DNA from: Chlorokybus atmophyticus
Taxonomy: Eukaryota > Plantae > Mesostigma and Chlorokybus algae
Direction of reading: 5' to 3'
DNA: 64,000 nt
NCBI GenBank assembly: GCA_009103225.1
Contig: RHPI01000461.1
Location: forward strand, 44,545-108,544
Shown here: in pieces, positions 51,228 to 64,000 of the stretch
How the letters are laid out: each line of letters starts with the position of its first letter
Position numbering within the stretch: position 1 is the stretch's first letter
Program-made: the position numbers and the translations under genes
Notes under the pieces: model-generated
Told to the model about the DNA's origin: nothing
Databases searched by the model: none
The model's input: the letters and a program-made list of their open reading frames with translations, nothing else

Positions 51228-53060
51228 AGTACTAAAGGCCAACCACAGACACCCTCAGCGAACCATGTGTTGAACACGGATATAAGCAGCTGTAGTCGTG
51301 CTTACCTTCCCACAAATCCCGGAGTGTGAAGCCGCTGTTTGCTGCCAACATGACCGTTCTCCTTCACATCGCTCGAGTGGTTTTGCAGCAGCGACGATGC
51401 GCTCGCACTCCGCGCAGCAATCAGCAACCATTGGGTTCTTTACAAGCTGCACGAAGTTGCTAATGGGTGGCATCTGGGCTGTGCCTTATATGTTGCATGA
51501 GTGGATGTAAGGGCAATCGCTTGAAAGGCTGCTTCGCGAGCAGCTACAACAAGCTCTTGCTGTGGCGACAAGCATAAAACCAAACCTTGCTTGCAAAAGT
51601 GCTCAGACTAGGCAAGCTGTTGTGCAGTGCATGCCAATAAGCTCAGTGTTCCTGCACCGTGCTGTTTGCACCGTGCTGTTTTCAGGCTGTTGACGCACTT
51701 GAAGCAGCTGCCTGACTGCGCTGCTTCTACCCGCCCGCAAGCGACCATTGCCAACAACAAACCACACGAATCAAACGCTAGATGAAAGGCTTTCGCATGG
51801 AAAGAAGTCAAGTGGCGAATCAACTGCAATACAAATGCTATTGACCAAGCTGCTGCGGCTACAGCTGAAGTGGCCACAATGGCCGTCTGGGGTTGTTCAG
51901 CAATCAAGCGCTGCCAGCTGTTCAAGTGCGCATGCTGTGGAAGACACGTGCAATGCATGAGACATTCCGCCTTGTACAGTCGGCTCAAGAAGCAGTACTT
52001 AGCACACTTAGCAAGCAAGTAAGCGTGCACCTGTGGGTGCGCTCGTCCTTGTGAGTATCGTCCAGGGGCACCAAGCCAGCCGAAGTCCTTTGGCGGCGGC
52101 GACAACAACAATGTCAATGATTGGGACGGCGACTCAGACATTGCTGACATCAGGTTACACCTAGCACAGCACTGACATGGTGTGCACATGCTTCAATCAA
52201 CCACCACCGCCTGCCGGAAATTCCCAACTTCAGCGCAATCCGGCAAAGCTCAGGCGCCGGGCGGGCGGGAAGGGAGAAAGCTGCTCAGGTGATGGATTTT
52301 GTATGTGTGCCTAGTGCGTTGCAAAAGGCAGCGAGCGCGTGGCTGCTTGCTTGCGGCAAGCTTATTAGCTGAGCAGCTTGCCGCAACCAAGCAGCTTGCC
52401 TCCTGCGGCTGCGGCTCTCGCCCTCTCGCTCTCTGCGTGCGTGCGTGCATTCGTGCGTGTCTGTTCCGCGCTCGCTGCAACACCGCTAATACCAATCACC
52501 TGACGCTTGAACTGCTGCAGACTGTACTACCTTCTTTTGTGGTCGAGTTGCTGTGTGCCACTGCTGCATACTGGCTGCCCACTCGCCCTATTGCAGGGGA
52601 GACTCCAACGCAAGGTGTGCATTGGGTTTGACAGTCATCATCTGTGTTCACATGATCTGTCATTCATCCCTGCAAGGGACAGTGTCTGCTTGTGTTGGGG
52701 CGCGCGTCTAGTGGAAACTCACATGTCCCATCATCGCTGCTGTGAGCATTTCTGCGCATTCGCTCTGAGCGTGTGTGTCAACTTGTATCGTTCCAAACGC
52801 ACGCAAGACACATGTTTGACTTCCTTGGTGTCTTGCAACTGGCATCTGCTGTGCCAGGTTGCGTGTCACTCGCAAGCAATTCGCATCGCACAGCATGCAA
52901 ATGACAACTGCCATTGATCTGTCTGCACTGTGTTGTTCCACGTGTTGATCCGTATGTGTGGCTAGCTGTCACAGGGTCTATCTACGGCTGTTTGCATATA
53001 CTCGTCAGCTCACCCTGTTTGAACATGACTGTCACATGCACGGTACGCATCCTTATACAG
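51228..53060 (+). repeat. Block X copy 3 followed by block W: start of a fourth unit
   Basis: 51228-52300 matches X, and 52470-53060 matches the reverse complement of 30990-31540. Confidence 0.85.
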
Positions 53061-53067
53061 CAAAAAC

Positions 53068-53644
<577 letters not shown>

Positions 53645-54159
53645 NCGAGCCATTATCATGTTTGCGCTGAAAGTGAAAAGCAACTGTGCGAATCCGTGGC
53701 GTGTGACTGTTGACACCATCCTCCATGTTATGCCATAGTCTTCAAGTTTCGTTGTTGTTGACAACTGCTGCTGCTGCTGCAATAGTAGTAGTATGCTACG
53801 TAGTCCATAGCTTCGTGGGACGTAGTAGTACGACTACGTAGTCCATAACTCCAGCTGCAGCGCCAGCAGCTGCTGCAATGATGTCGTGGTCGTTGAGGTT
53901 TTGTAATTGCGCTGCATCACAGCCGCAGTTGCAGTTGGCATTGCTGTTACAATGGTGACTTGTTCTGTTGTTATGTTGATTGCTTCTGTACGGTGATGAC
54001 GTTCTTGCAGGGAGGAGTAGCCTATGAATCACTGGTCATTTGTCGGGCATTTGCATTAAGCGCAGTGCGACGCTGTTGTGGGTTGCTCTCCCTTGTCCCG
54101 TGCAGCTCAAGACCAGCGAAGTCCGTCCAGGTCCGTTGTGTGAGCAGTTGGCTATGTGG

Positions 54160-55830
54160 TTGTTGCTTCCACTTACACGTGAAGGCAATATTTAATGCAA
54201 GAGCCAGAATGGCAGCACAAGCTGGAGAGAGCTACGGGAAAAGTGTGCAGACGAGAGGAGCTGTTAGGAACCTTGGATCTCTCTTGCTGTAATGAGCCCA
54301 CAGGTGAGAGAACATGGAAACACAGAGAGAAAGACAATGCTGGTCGTTGTTACAACGATTTATCCTGAGTGCGCACCCGCACCCACATGTGTACTCTCAC
54401 TACCCTACTCCCCTCTCCCTTCCTGCTCGTCCCCCCGTCTCACCCAACAGTCCCTTTCCCCCTGCCCCTTAAACCATCGGCATTGCAGCCCTTCCCGCGA
54501 CAGCTGCCAGCCCTGGACTGTCGCAGTGGGCTGTTGACAGCCGGGGCCTGTTGATCTACCCACCAAACAGCCCTCGATTGTCAACCACTAACAGTCAAGG
54601 ACCACAACTGTTGTTCTCAATTCAGCAAGGTGCGCGCAAGTCTGCAAAGGCTGCCCTCTAACTTGTTGTGGTGTGTGTATGCGAGCCTCTCAAACACATA
54701 CACACACCAACCGCCGGGCTGATGGTGTGTGTTCGATTATCAATCTGAGAACAGGCTCTTTGCACCCATCCGCTTCCGCCACCCTCACTGCTGACAAGAA
54801 CTCTATCCTCTCTGCATATTCTAACGTTGTGCAGCGCTCTGTCTTCAATGTTGTCAAGGCCCTCTAGGAGCAGGCATGTCTATATGTGTCTGAGTGTTCG
54901 CGCATGTGTGCGTGCGTGCGCATGCGTGAACAATCACGGCTGTCAGTAACCTGTTGCACGCGTTTGTGTTGACAATCCTGACTGTCAATAACACAGTTTT
55001 GTCCGCCAGCAATCAAGTGTGTGTCTCCACCAGCAGTCCCTGTCGGGCATCTGCAAGTCAAGACAAGTTGAGCACATAGAGGCACATGCACAAGCATGTG
55101 CACACACAACAATACACTTACACGCACGCGAGTGCGTGCAAAGGAATAGTTAAAGCACAGACATGTTCAGACCAGTAGTGCATGCGTGCACCCACCCACC
55201 CATCCACCCACCCACCCACACCGCAGCAACAACTCTCTTTTCGCGCAGGTGTGCGTGGTGACCAGACTGGGGCGCCCACCACCCTGATAGCAACGTGGTG
55301 TATGTGTTCGGTGCCCACGTCCTGGGCCCCAGGATGCACCGAATGCGTTCTGCACGTTCTACGCGGGCACAAGTGGTGGGAACAGCTGCGAAGCTCATGT
55401 CGGCATGCAAGAAGTATAGGGAGGGGCGGGCCGNNNNNNNNNNNNNNNNNNNNNNNNNNNNNNNNNNNNNNNNNNNNNNNNNNNNNNNNNNNNNNNNNNN
55501 NNNNNNNNNNNNNNNNNNNNNNNNNNNNNNNNNNNNNNNNNNNNNNNNNNNNNNNNNNNNNNNNNNNNNNNNNNNNNNNNNNNNNNNNNNNNNNNNNNNN
55601 NNNNNNNNNNNNNGGGCAAGGTCAATGAGTGAGGAGCGCATGCACAAGGCTATAAAGGAGGTAAGAGCTGTCATGTGTGGCTATACGACCGTCGTTGTTG
55701 ACAGTGTGGACTATCACCTGTCGCCCGCGCGCGTGCACACACATTGCACTTCGCATGTTACTTACACATGCGCACATGAGCAGGTCCTGGCCACTAGCCG
55801 AGGTGGCAGTGCTTGGGAGAGGGAATAGAG
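54160..55830 (+). pseudogene. Degenerate multi-exon coding sequence of unknown origin
   Basis: Exon-like, splice-bounded segments translate as RQYLMQEPEWQHKLERATGKVCRREELLGTLDLSCC, RVCVDNPDCQ*HSFVRQQS and CAW*PDWGAHHPDSNVVYVFGAHVLGPRMHRMRSARSTRAQVVGTAAKLMSACKKY, with stops and an N gap. Confidence 0.35.
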
Positions 55831-56780
55831 AGCGGTCATTAGGTAGCAGGTACAACTCCTGGCGATGAGTTTGCAGTCATTGTCATTTGTTTCACTATTG
55901 CAGTAGGATACGCTCGTCTGCATGTGTGCAACCTGCTTGTGTGATGTAGGTGGCTAGATTGCTGAGTTATTGGGATTGCTGGAGCGCGTGGTTGCTGTAG
56001 GTTTGACCGTTTGGTATGTATAATCAGCACATGCTTCACATGTGCTTGTATTGTTGTCGCTGCGGGATGCTATGTGCATGGTGTATGGCGTACCTTGCTA
56101 GCGGTCGGTAGAATACTTATGGCCGTGTGAGTGATTGCCAGTAGGCATGCATACACGGCTGGGCACGCATGCATGCATGGTCGTAGGCTGATGAATGTCA
56201 CCAGGCCACGAGGATGGCCAGGTACTATGCCATCCTCATGGCCAAGTGGTTGTCAACGGCGGCGGCAGTAAAGTAAAACCATAGCTATGGCTTGGTGACC
56301 GTGCAATGTGGATCTTGTGCTGGTCGCCTTCAGGCTAGCGGCGTGGCCTAGTGCTATTTATACGGAGCAGCAGCTCATCAATAATGGAGGTCGAACCATC
56401 AGCTGCGTCTTTATTGCTGCAGCTGACCGCATGTAAACGTCACAAGCACACTTTTAAGACCACACTATCAACCGTCAACAGTCCATGAATACATGGTGGT
56501 CCGACAGCCGACTATAACACACCATGAATGGTACAAACATTGTGAACGCGCATTTTAACTCAGAATTGACTATGCATGTTTGCCAACTCGCTTAATCTCA
56601 TGGCAATCGCGCACCAACCATGGTGCGAACCCAAGAAACATGCCTGTTTTGCTGTGAAACGTGGATCATACCTTGCTCGGCTGTTATGACAGCCAAACCA
56701 TCCATTGTCCGCAGATTTCATATAGTAGGGGTAAACTCTAGTCCAGCGATACGGACCATCTATGGTGCTTGTATAAAAAT

Positions 56781-57255
56781 TGACGTGCCACGCGTCATTG
56801 AGCAACTATGAGTTAGCGATCGTAGATACCCATGTCAAGTTAACCAATGACAGGCATGTCTAACTATTGCACGATGTCGGGCTGCGCGGGTCATGTGCTG
56901 ATCCTCTTCGAGTTGCCATAGTGGTGCTTTGGCGATGTTGGGAGATTGATGCTGAAGTGTCCTTCTTGTTGCTGAAAATAAGGGTGAAGACCGCCTTTTG
57001 GCAAAGAGTACCCCCAAAATAAATATTGACGTGCCGCGCGTCATTGAGCAAATGCGAGTCAGCGATCGTAGACACTCACATCAAGTTGATCCATGATAAG
57101 CCTGTCTAGCTATTGCAGGATGTCGGGCTGCGAGAGTCGTGTGCTGATCCTCCTCGAGTTGCCACAGTGGTGTTTTGCCGATGCTTGAAAATTGATGCTA
57201 AAGTGTCCGGATCCTTTTTGCTGCTGAATACAAGGTTGAAGGCCGCCTTTTTGGA
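56781..57255. repeat. Diverged tandem duplication, period 246 bp
   Basis: TGACGTGCC(A/G)CGCGTCATTGAGCAA starts at 56781 and at 57027, and the homology continues to AGACCGCCTTTT / AGGCCGCCTTTT. Confidence 0.85.
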
Positions 57256-58356
57256 CAAGCCCCTACTAGCCTACATACAGAGATGCTGCTACGTAGCAGC
57301 ATTTCTGTGTATACACTGGGATGCACCTAGCACACCATCCACATGAATGCAACCAAAAGTTCATGCCAATGAGAAACATGGCAAAATAAGTTATGAAGCT
57401 TAAATGCTAAGATGTGAATTTGTGCAATACACACTCAACGCCAGCAGCCAGGCACAAGCAAGCAAAGCAGAGCAAGCAATAAAGAGGGGCTCAGAGCAAC
57501 GCTATCAAACCAATACGATACTTTTATACCATAGGACAGTAGAACGCAAGGCAAGACGGGGCAAGGCAGGCAAGGTAGGGATCACCACCTGCGCAACAGA
57601 GGTGCTTGTTTCAGGACCGGGCTTGGCAGCAGGAGCAAAGGACGTGACGACGTTGTGTGTAACAGTCAAGGCCAAATCTCGTGATTTTCATGGCCATTTT
57701 AGGCCTTATTTGTGAGGTATCATGTTTTTCATGACTTGTGGCGGATATCGGCGAGTTGCGAGTCTGCCGCAGATATCGACCGGCCCAGGGCCAGTCTGGA
57801 AGACGCCAGAAAACGGAGGGCCAGTCGAGAAGGGCTCGACCAGATTTCTGGAAGGGCCTGGCGCCAAGTAGTATAACTTGACCATATGAGCAGCAAATGA
57901 GGAGATCTTTGGTGCGTCGGAAAGGTCTAGAAGTGTACTACAAGATTCTGCAAGAATATCTTAGCTTCTAGTTTTGTCTAGCGCTAGAAGCGTCTAGACA
58001 GTAGCATGTGCAGACTGGTAGGTAAAAGTGACATTCTACAATTTGCAATACAACCTTTAGCTCCCTAGTTTCTTGTGTGCAAGCTTAGTGGTGGTTAGCA
58101 GGGGTTGCTAGCGTGTGTCCACTGGTGTGTGCTTGCTTGTGTGACGATCCAAGGCGCTACACAAGTCGGTGTGTAGCTTCGAGCGCATGCGCGTACGCGA
58201 GTGGCGGGGCGCGCGTGTGTGCTTGGCAGAGGGGGCAAGGTTTTGGTGTGAATACCGTGTCTTGGTGAGAGAGTTGTTGATTGGACCAACTCATAGGTGA
58301 CAAGGCACGAGCACCGTTACTGTCACAAATTGGGATAAATTGTGACAGACCTCACT

Positions 58357-58358
<2 letters not shown>

Positions 58359-58404
<46 letters not shown>

Positions 58405-58405
58405 N

Positions 58406-58477
<72 letters not shown>
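58359..58477. repeat. (GT)n microsatellite with an internal N
   Basis: Direct reading of the sequence. Confidence 0.95.
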
Positions 58478-58478
<1 letters not shown>

Positions 58479-59143
58479 TTTTGCTACCATAGCCTAGTGG
58501 TCGGGCCCCAATTGTTACAGTTACATTGTGGATGACAACAACGACGATGCGGACTGCAACAGCAACTGGGCCTCAGGTTATGCAGTGTCCATCACATTCT
58601 CACATTAATGAAGACTTTTTGGCAATCGGGGCAGGTTGTGCACAATCGCACTCCCTTCACAGCTTGCTCCGCGAGTGGCAACCATATACGCCAAGCTCAC
58701 ACAAATAAAAGTCATCCAAGCTCAAACTCACATACCACATCGGAATGCAAGTCTCAACCAAAAGTGACTCATTGTGCCTGCAAAGCATCGTGTTCCTTGA
58801 TAAAAAGTGGGCTTATGTAAAAAGGGCAACTATTTAGGCAAATATAATAAGGTATACTCTTTATCACAAAACCCACAGTAAAGAGTTGTTTTTCATATTT
58901 GCAATATCCTGTTTTAAGACAGTTCTATGCGATTCTGTTTTTGCTCATGTTTTTAATGTAGCTGCGATTTACGGTACCTAAAGCTTATTCTACATCATAA
59001 CGGCAACTTCATATGCATGTTAGGTGTGGCAGCAGTGCATGTTTTATAATATACATTAAGTTAGCCAACGCGCGAGCTGCTCAATGTATTGTATCCTCTC
59101 ATGACGCCTTCGTGGTATAGGATGTCCAGTGGTTCCATTTCAT

Positions 59144-59327
59144 AGCATGCAACCGCACTCAAGCACACGCGAGCACACTTAAGCATGTACATGCACGCAT
59201 AGTGCAAAAGCAGTGAAGCGCTAGGGTTTTCAATCAGCATGCAACCGCACTCGAGCACACGCGAGCACACTTAAGCATGTACATGCACGCACAGTGCAGA
59301 AGCAGTGAAGCGCTAGGGTTTACAATC
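59144..59327. repeat. Near-perfect tandem duplication, period 92 bp
   Basis: AGCATGCAACCGCACTC...GCAGTGAAGCGCTAGGGTTT starts at 59144 and at 59236. Confidence 0.9.
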
Positions 59328-59873
59328 ACACGCACACAACCTCACCATACATGTCAAGGCGGACGCGCTCAGCTAGCATATGACCCACCTAATGCCGCAC
59401 CTGGTGTGAAAACGGTGACTGCGGCGGTCACCGTTTCCATAAGCACGCGCAGTAGTATGCAGCAGCAGCAACAGCACACATCAACAATCAGATACAATAA
59501 AAAAAGCTGCAGGGGTAACTACACTATGTGCATGCTTGTAGCTAAGTGCATGTTGGGTGAAGGACACATCAAAGGCAGATAGGCAAGCAAGTAGTAGAGC
59601 AAGGACAAACAGTGGACCTGTTAGTCACAGCCGCTTGTTAGCGGAGGTAGCAGGAGGGTGTAGCAGCAACAGCACATTACGATAGGTAGAGGCAACAGGA
59701 AGGTCAGGAGCAGGGCGGTGATGTTGTGTTATGCAGTGCTGTAATGTAATGGCTGAAGTTGCAGGCGCCTCCATGAGTGGTATGTACATTCACAGCTGGT
59801 GGTTAAAGGCATACTCTTATACCGTGTTCACCCAAGCACAGTGCGCTACACATACAGCCCTTAATAACATTCG

Positions 59874-61090
59874 GCACTCGCTTTCGCGGGCGCATTGTCG
59901 TTTGAGAACGCCCTCAAGGTGGGTTTGTGGATACGCGCGCGCGCACGCATGTGTGTGTACGTGTATATGTCAGTGTTTATGTGTGTGTTCCAACCATATG
60001 CTGTTGTGTTGCTCCTGCAGCTTGTGAAGTTGTGCGGAGAGCATGACGGCAGCGGCGCAGCGCAGCTGCCCGGACAAGATGCTTTCGGTCATTGGCCTTG
60101 ACGACGCAGACATACACCCTCTCATTGACCAGGTGCGTGGTGTGTGTGGGTAAATGTTGTTGTTGTCGTTGTCATTGGTAGTGGTGATACCAGACATGCA
60201 ATGCCATTCATAGGCGAAGAGCCTTTCCGGACAATGTGCTTGAAGTAGCCAACTACCTCTCTTCTCAAGGCAGCATTGTCTCAGGACACAAGGTGTGCCT
60301 TGATGTGGTTGTCGACACAACATAAATACCTACCACCACCACCATAACAACAGGATAAGGTAATGTGTAAAGCTTCTTAACTACGCAGGCCGCTATGGAT
60401 GCCTTTGGCACTCTGGCGATACAAAAGGGCGCCATGCGTGCATTTCTAGAGGTGTGCAATGCGGAGTTCACAAGCTTTCAACCACATACGAGCACACACA
60501 TACATGCCCACAGTTGTACGCGGGTAAACATACCCAAACGTCATACAACTATACACTTACATGTGGGCATGTGGGCATGTGCACGTGCATGCAGAGCGTG
60601 TGTATGTATATCTGCATGTATCCACGTATTCACGCAAACATGCAATCGCGCCCGCAGGTGAGCAGCGATTTTCACTCGTCGCTGATGCGTCACGCGAGCG
60701 AGTCTCTGTCGATGGCTTTGCCGGCTGTGGCGTGGAAGCATCCCGTTGTCCCCGTTTACAGCAACGTCACGTGAACGCCGTTCCCGATGCGAAGAGCATC
60801 CCGGAACTGTTGCCGCCACAGGAGCGGGGGTGTCAGCTTGTGTGGGGCAAGTGTGTGTATCTGCTGTACAACACACATTAATACCCGCAAGCACTTATGA
60901 CCTCATGCAGCAGACCGTTTTGATGCCGCCACTGCAGTCTGAACACAGGATGCAGCCACTGATATTTGAGCAAAATATCCGCTAGTTGGCAGCTTCTTGC
61001 ACAGAACATCAGCCGCTCACCTGGCCTGAAGCGGTCGTTGGAAGTGGCTATAGCCTTAGGCTTCTTTGATCCATTCGTAGGTCATGAGCC
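59874..61090 (+). pseudogene. MAT fragment copy 5 (end of exon 5 to intron 8) fused to block U
   Basis: Matches 48290-49335 and then switches at about 60915 to the sequence at 50980-51130. Confidence 0.9.
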
Positions 61091-61099
61091 TGTGTGTAG

Positions 61100-62750
61100 C
61101 AGAATGCCTGCAGTTAATGTGTGACACAATCAACTTGACTCCTTCGTAAGCATGGCAATGGTATGCTGCTGCATTATGCTGCAAACAAGCACATGAGCGT
61201 ATTGTTGCCAACACGGCACTAAACATGTACATTGAACTGTAGACTTGAATGCAGCCGGATATCGTCTCAGTCAGAACATACACAAATACCTACCTCATTT
61301 ACACAAGGGGTGATATCCGCAATGTGAGTTGAGTTGTACAATGTAGTGCCCATATAATGACGCTACTAGTAGCGTTATCGTTATCGCTCATTGGAAGCCA
61401 CATTTATTCGCGTACATATGTGCGTATATATGTGCGTGCATGCGTGCATAAACATAAGTTGCGCGGGTCAACTGGTTACATTGTAGAGCAATGCAACCCA
61501 GCAGAGTGCAAAACGTTGTGAGTAGGTTGGCGTCAGCACCCTCATTTTAGTGGCGGAAGCGTTAAGACAATGGTAGCATGGGAATAAAGTTGTACCTTCG
61601 GCGGTTGAAACAACTACGTGCCCTTATGCGCATGCAAATCAAACCTTATTGTACAATACAATTACAAATGATAACCAATATACATAAACACTTGACCCAT
61701 ATACTTGGACCGTATAGTTAGATCGTTCATGGTAATCAATCAATAGTATTCTTGATTGCTATTGTTGTCAATATTAACAACAATAGCTATTGTCACTTTG
61801 CGACCATTGCATATTATATCGTTACATAGTAATGTCATGTGAAACTTACACTATTACCACGATTACCGGTAATGTTAATGACAAGTACAATATAACAAGT
61901 TGCATTTGACAAAAGGTCATTGGCATTAACTTTGAGTTATGGTTAATGTTATAGTCTATAACACATCACTACAATCTCATGTCACTGTAACAATTTCGAC
62001 GCCATATCCCCATCCCTGTTGCAACCCCCATTGCTGACCTTATCCGTGTCCTACAACGCCCGTACATGTAACATAACACACAAATAAAAAGTCGTACCTG
62101 CGACACTTATTTTGCTAAGTTTAATGAGGATGTGTGTATACTTGAATAGTAACGTCTATGAAAAGCACCTAGAAAACAAGGTCCAACCACAAGTCAAGAG
62201 AGCTTCACATGTTGCTTTTCATGGTACCTTTTATGGACAATCTTTTACTTTTAAGAACTTGCGAATGTTGTCATCATTATCAAAGCGTCCATGTGCAAAA
62301 CCTCCAAACTCAGTCGTAGACAACACAACCTATACAATAATTTACATGTTATACTTTCACATGACATGAATAGGTAACACCGTATCCATTCAATTTGCAA
62401 AACAACAACCACATACCAAACAATAACCACATACCTAACATCAACCATCACAATTAGTCACAACTACAGTGGAAGAAACATGCCGGATATATCATGACGT
62501 AAACTGCGAACAATCCAGCCGCCAGTGCCCATCACACGCTCCACAACCACAGGCTCTCCACGTCGCCAATGCCATTGAGAGTGTTGTAACCTTATCTTAA
62601 TTCACGTGACATGACATGATGAGCAACAGAGTCAAATGCAATAACTTCCGCACTTGGGCATGCTACACCTCAAATTCTGATTGCATTTGATTCATTAACA
62701 ATACATATGTTGACTTGAACCTTATGTTGGAGATTACCTGACTGCGCTCG
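61100..62750. other. AT-rich, ORF-poor island
   Basis: Low GC with stops in all frames; similar in character to 23090-25380. Confidence 0.4.
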
Positions 62751-63304
62751 TACGCGGCTGAGTTTATTGGGAGTACCGCCGCATGCTCAAAATCAAGTCG
62801 AACAATGGCACCTTTGAAACAACAAAGTTACAACATGATGGACAAGTGCAATATAGCCTATGTTGCACAATGGTTGTATAGAAGTTATTGGAAGAGTACC
62901 TATACATTGCTCGCATCGCATTGAACCGAAGCTAAGGACATGTCATGCGAGGGACCCTCGACCAAATGACCTCGGTAGATCCTTACAACCAGTGCACACT
63001 CCTTAGCTAGAAGCATATATCGACCACAATAGTCAATCCCGAGGACAGCATCAGTTAGCACAACGTAGCAGGTGGAGAAAGGTCAAGCGCCGCCGACATG
63101 GCGGACTGACCATAGCGGAAGCCCGCGGACATTATGGCAGGAAACTCGGCACGCAGCTGAACATGCGCAAGGAAGAGCGGGAGGCTTCGAAGAAGCACAA
63201 CCGTGGCGTTACAAATCGTTAGCCTCACGGTTGCTAATGTAACTGCCAGTTGTTAGCTCATATAAATACCATGTGCAATTGATAATTTCTTGGTGAGAAA
63301 GCAN

Positions 63305-64000
63305 GTCATCATCGCTGCCCACGAGGTCCACAACTGCCGCAGCCGTCGTGGGTTGCTGATTACAGCCCTCTTCGTCTTCATCGTCAACTTCCATCATGAC
63401 TGCCTCTGCAGCCATAAATGGTTCAATTGGGCAAGAACCACAATGCAAATCAACAAGCTCAAGCACACAGCAGCTTACCATTGTTAGCCTCATCCCCACT
63501 CTCTTCAACGTGTTGAAGCCCACTCTGCACAGGTTGTGAAACCCTACCGCAACTGCCCGGCAGAGAACGACGAGCAAGGCTCTCCCTTGGGAGCTGCGCT
63601 GGAGCACCACCTTCTTCGTACGCAGCGCATCGCGAGCACGTAACCTCAACCATGCTACCCACAGCGTGCCGTCGACAGAGGCTGTTTGGACACGTCGCGC
63701 AGACTTGAAAAGCTGCTTCGTTGCAGTTCTTCACATGGCACCTGTGTTTTGGTTCAGTACAAGTGATGATGGTTCTAGGAGTGAAGTTCCTCACAACAAG
63801 ATGCCAAGCATTTGCTGCAATGAAGTCCACTTACTCATGCCTGAGGCACTCCCAATATTCATCCTCCACAGGTGGCATAGAGACACAGTGCGCGTGGTAG
63901 CTTTTCCAGCAACCGTCCACATCGCAGCCAGATATGGTGCCCCCATCCTTGCAGACAAAGCAGTAGTCTTCATGTTCCCGATGTTCCAACGCATCCAGCT
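63305..64000 (-). CDS. Partial gene with a PHD finger and a C5HCH-like zinc module (NSD/NERD type), entering from beyond the window end
   Basis: Minus strand EDYCFVCKDGGTISGCDVDGCWKSYHAHCVSMPPVEDEYWECLRH splices across a GT-AG intron (63834-63742) to ECHVKNCNEAAFQVCATCPNSLCRRH. A second in-phase intron (63478 to about 63409) leads to an acidic exon that is interrupted by an N at 63304. Confidence 0.8.

Noticed and set aside
63459-63830. Cys-rich C-terminus of a pogo/Tigger-like transposase
   Set aside because: Splicing to the upstream exon gives a much better, complete PHD-C5HCH module, and no DDE domain is visible.

Overview
Intron-rich eukaryotic DNA, probably from a green alga (inferred from GT-AG introns of about 70-250 nt and the gene set). 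The left 23 kb is an ordinary single-copy gene region: QCR7 (-), ARP6 (+), two genes of unknown function, a C-terminal J-domain gene, and an intact ankyrin-repeat/malonyl-CoA acyltransferase (MAT/FabD-like) fusion gene (-, 19928-22792). From about 25.5 kb to 61 kb the window is built from a repeated composite unit of about 8-10 kb. Its order is: block X, (CT)n, block W, (CT)n, a six-exon P-loop ATPase gene, a 5'-truncated copy of the Ank-MAT gene, that gene's 3' flank, and a decayed membrane-protein exon. The unit occurs once inverted (about 25.5-33.8 kb) and in tandem on + (33.8-53.7 kb), with a further fragment at 59.9-61.1 kb. All five MAT copies are wrecked. The three ATPase paralogs keep their exon structure and almost all of their reading frame, but they differ radically in one segment between Walker A and Walker B. 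They are mosaics of each other, and only one (44377-46779) keeps both Walker motifs. The window ends inside a gene with an NSD-type PHD-C5HCH module. The long (CT)n tracts abut N characters, so their lengths and the 'SLSL/ERER' ORFs are unreliable. All exon calls and alignments were made by eye, and repeat boundaries are approximate.
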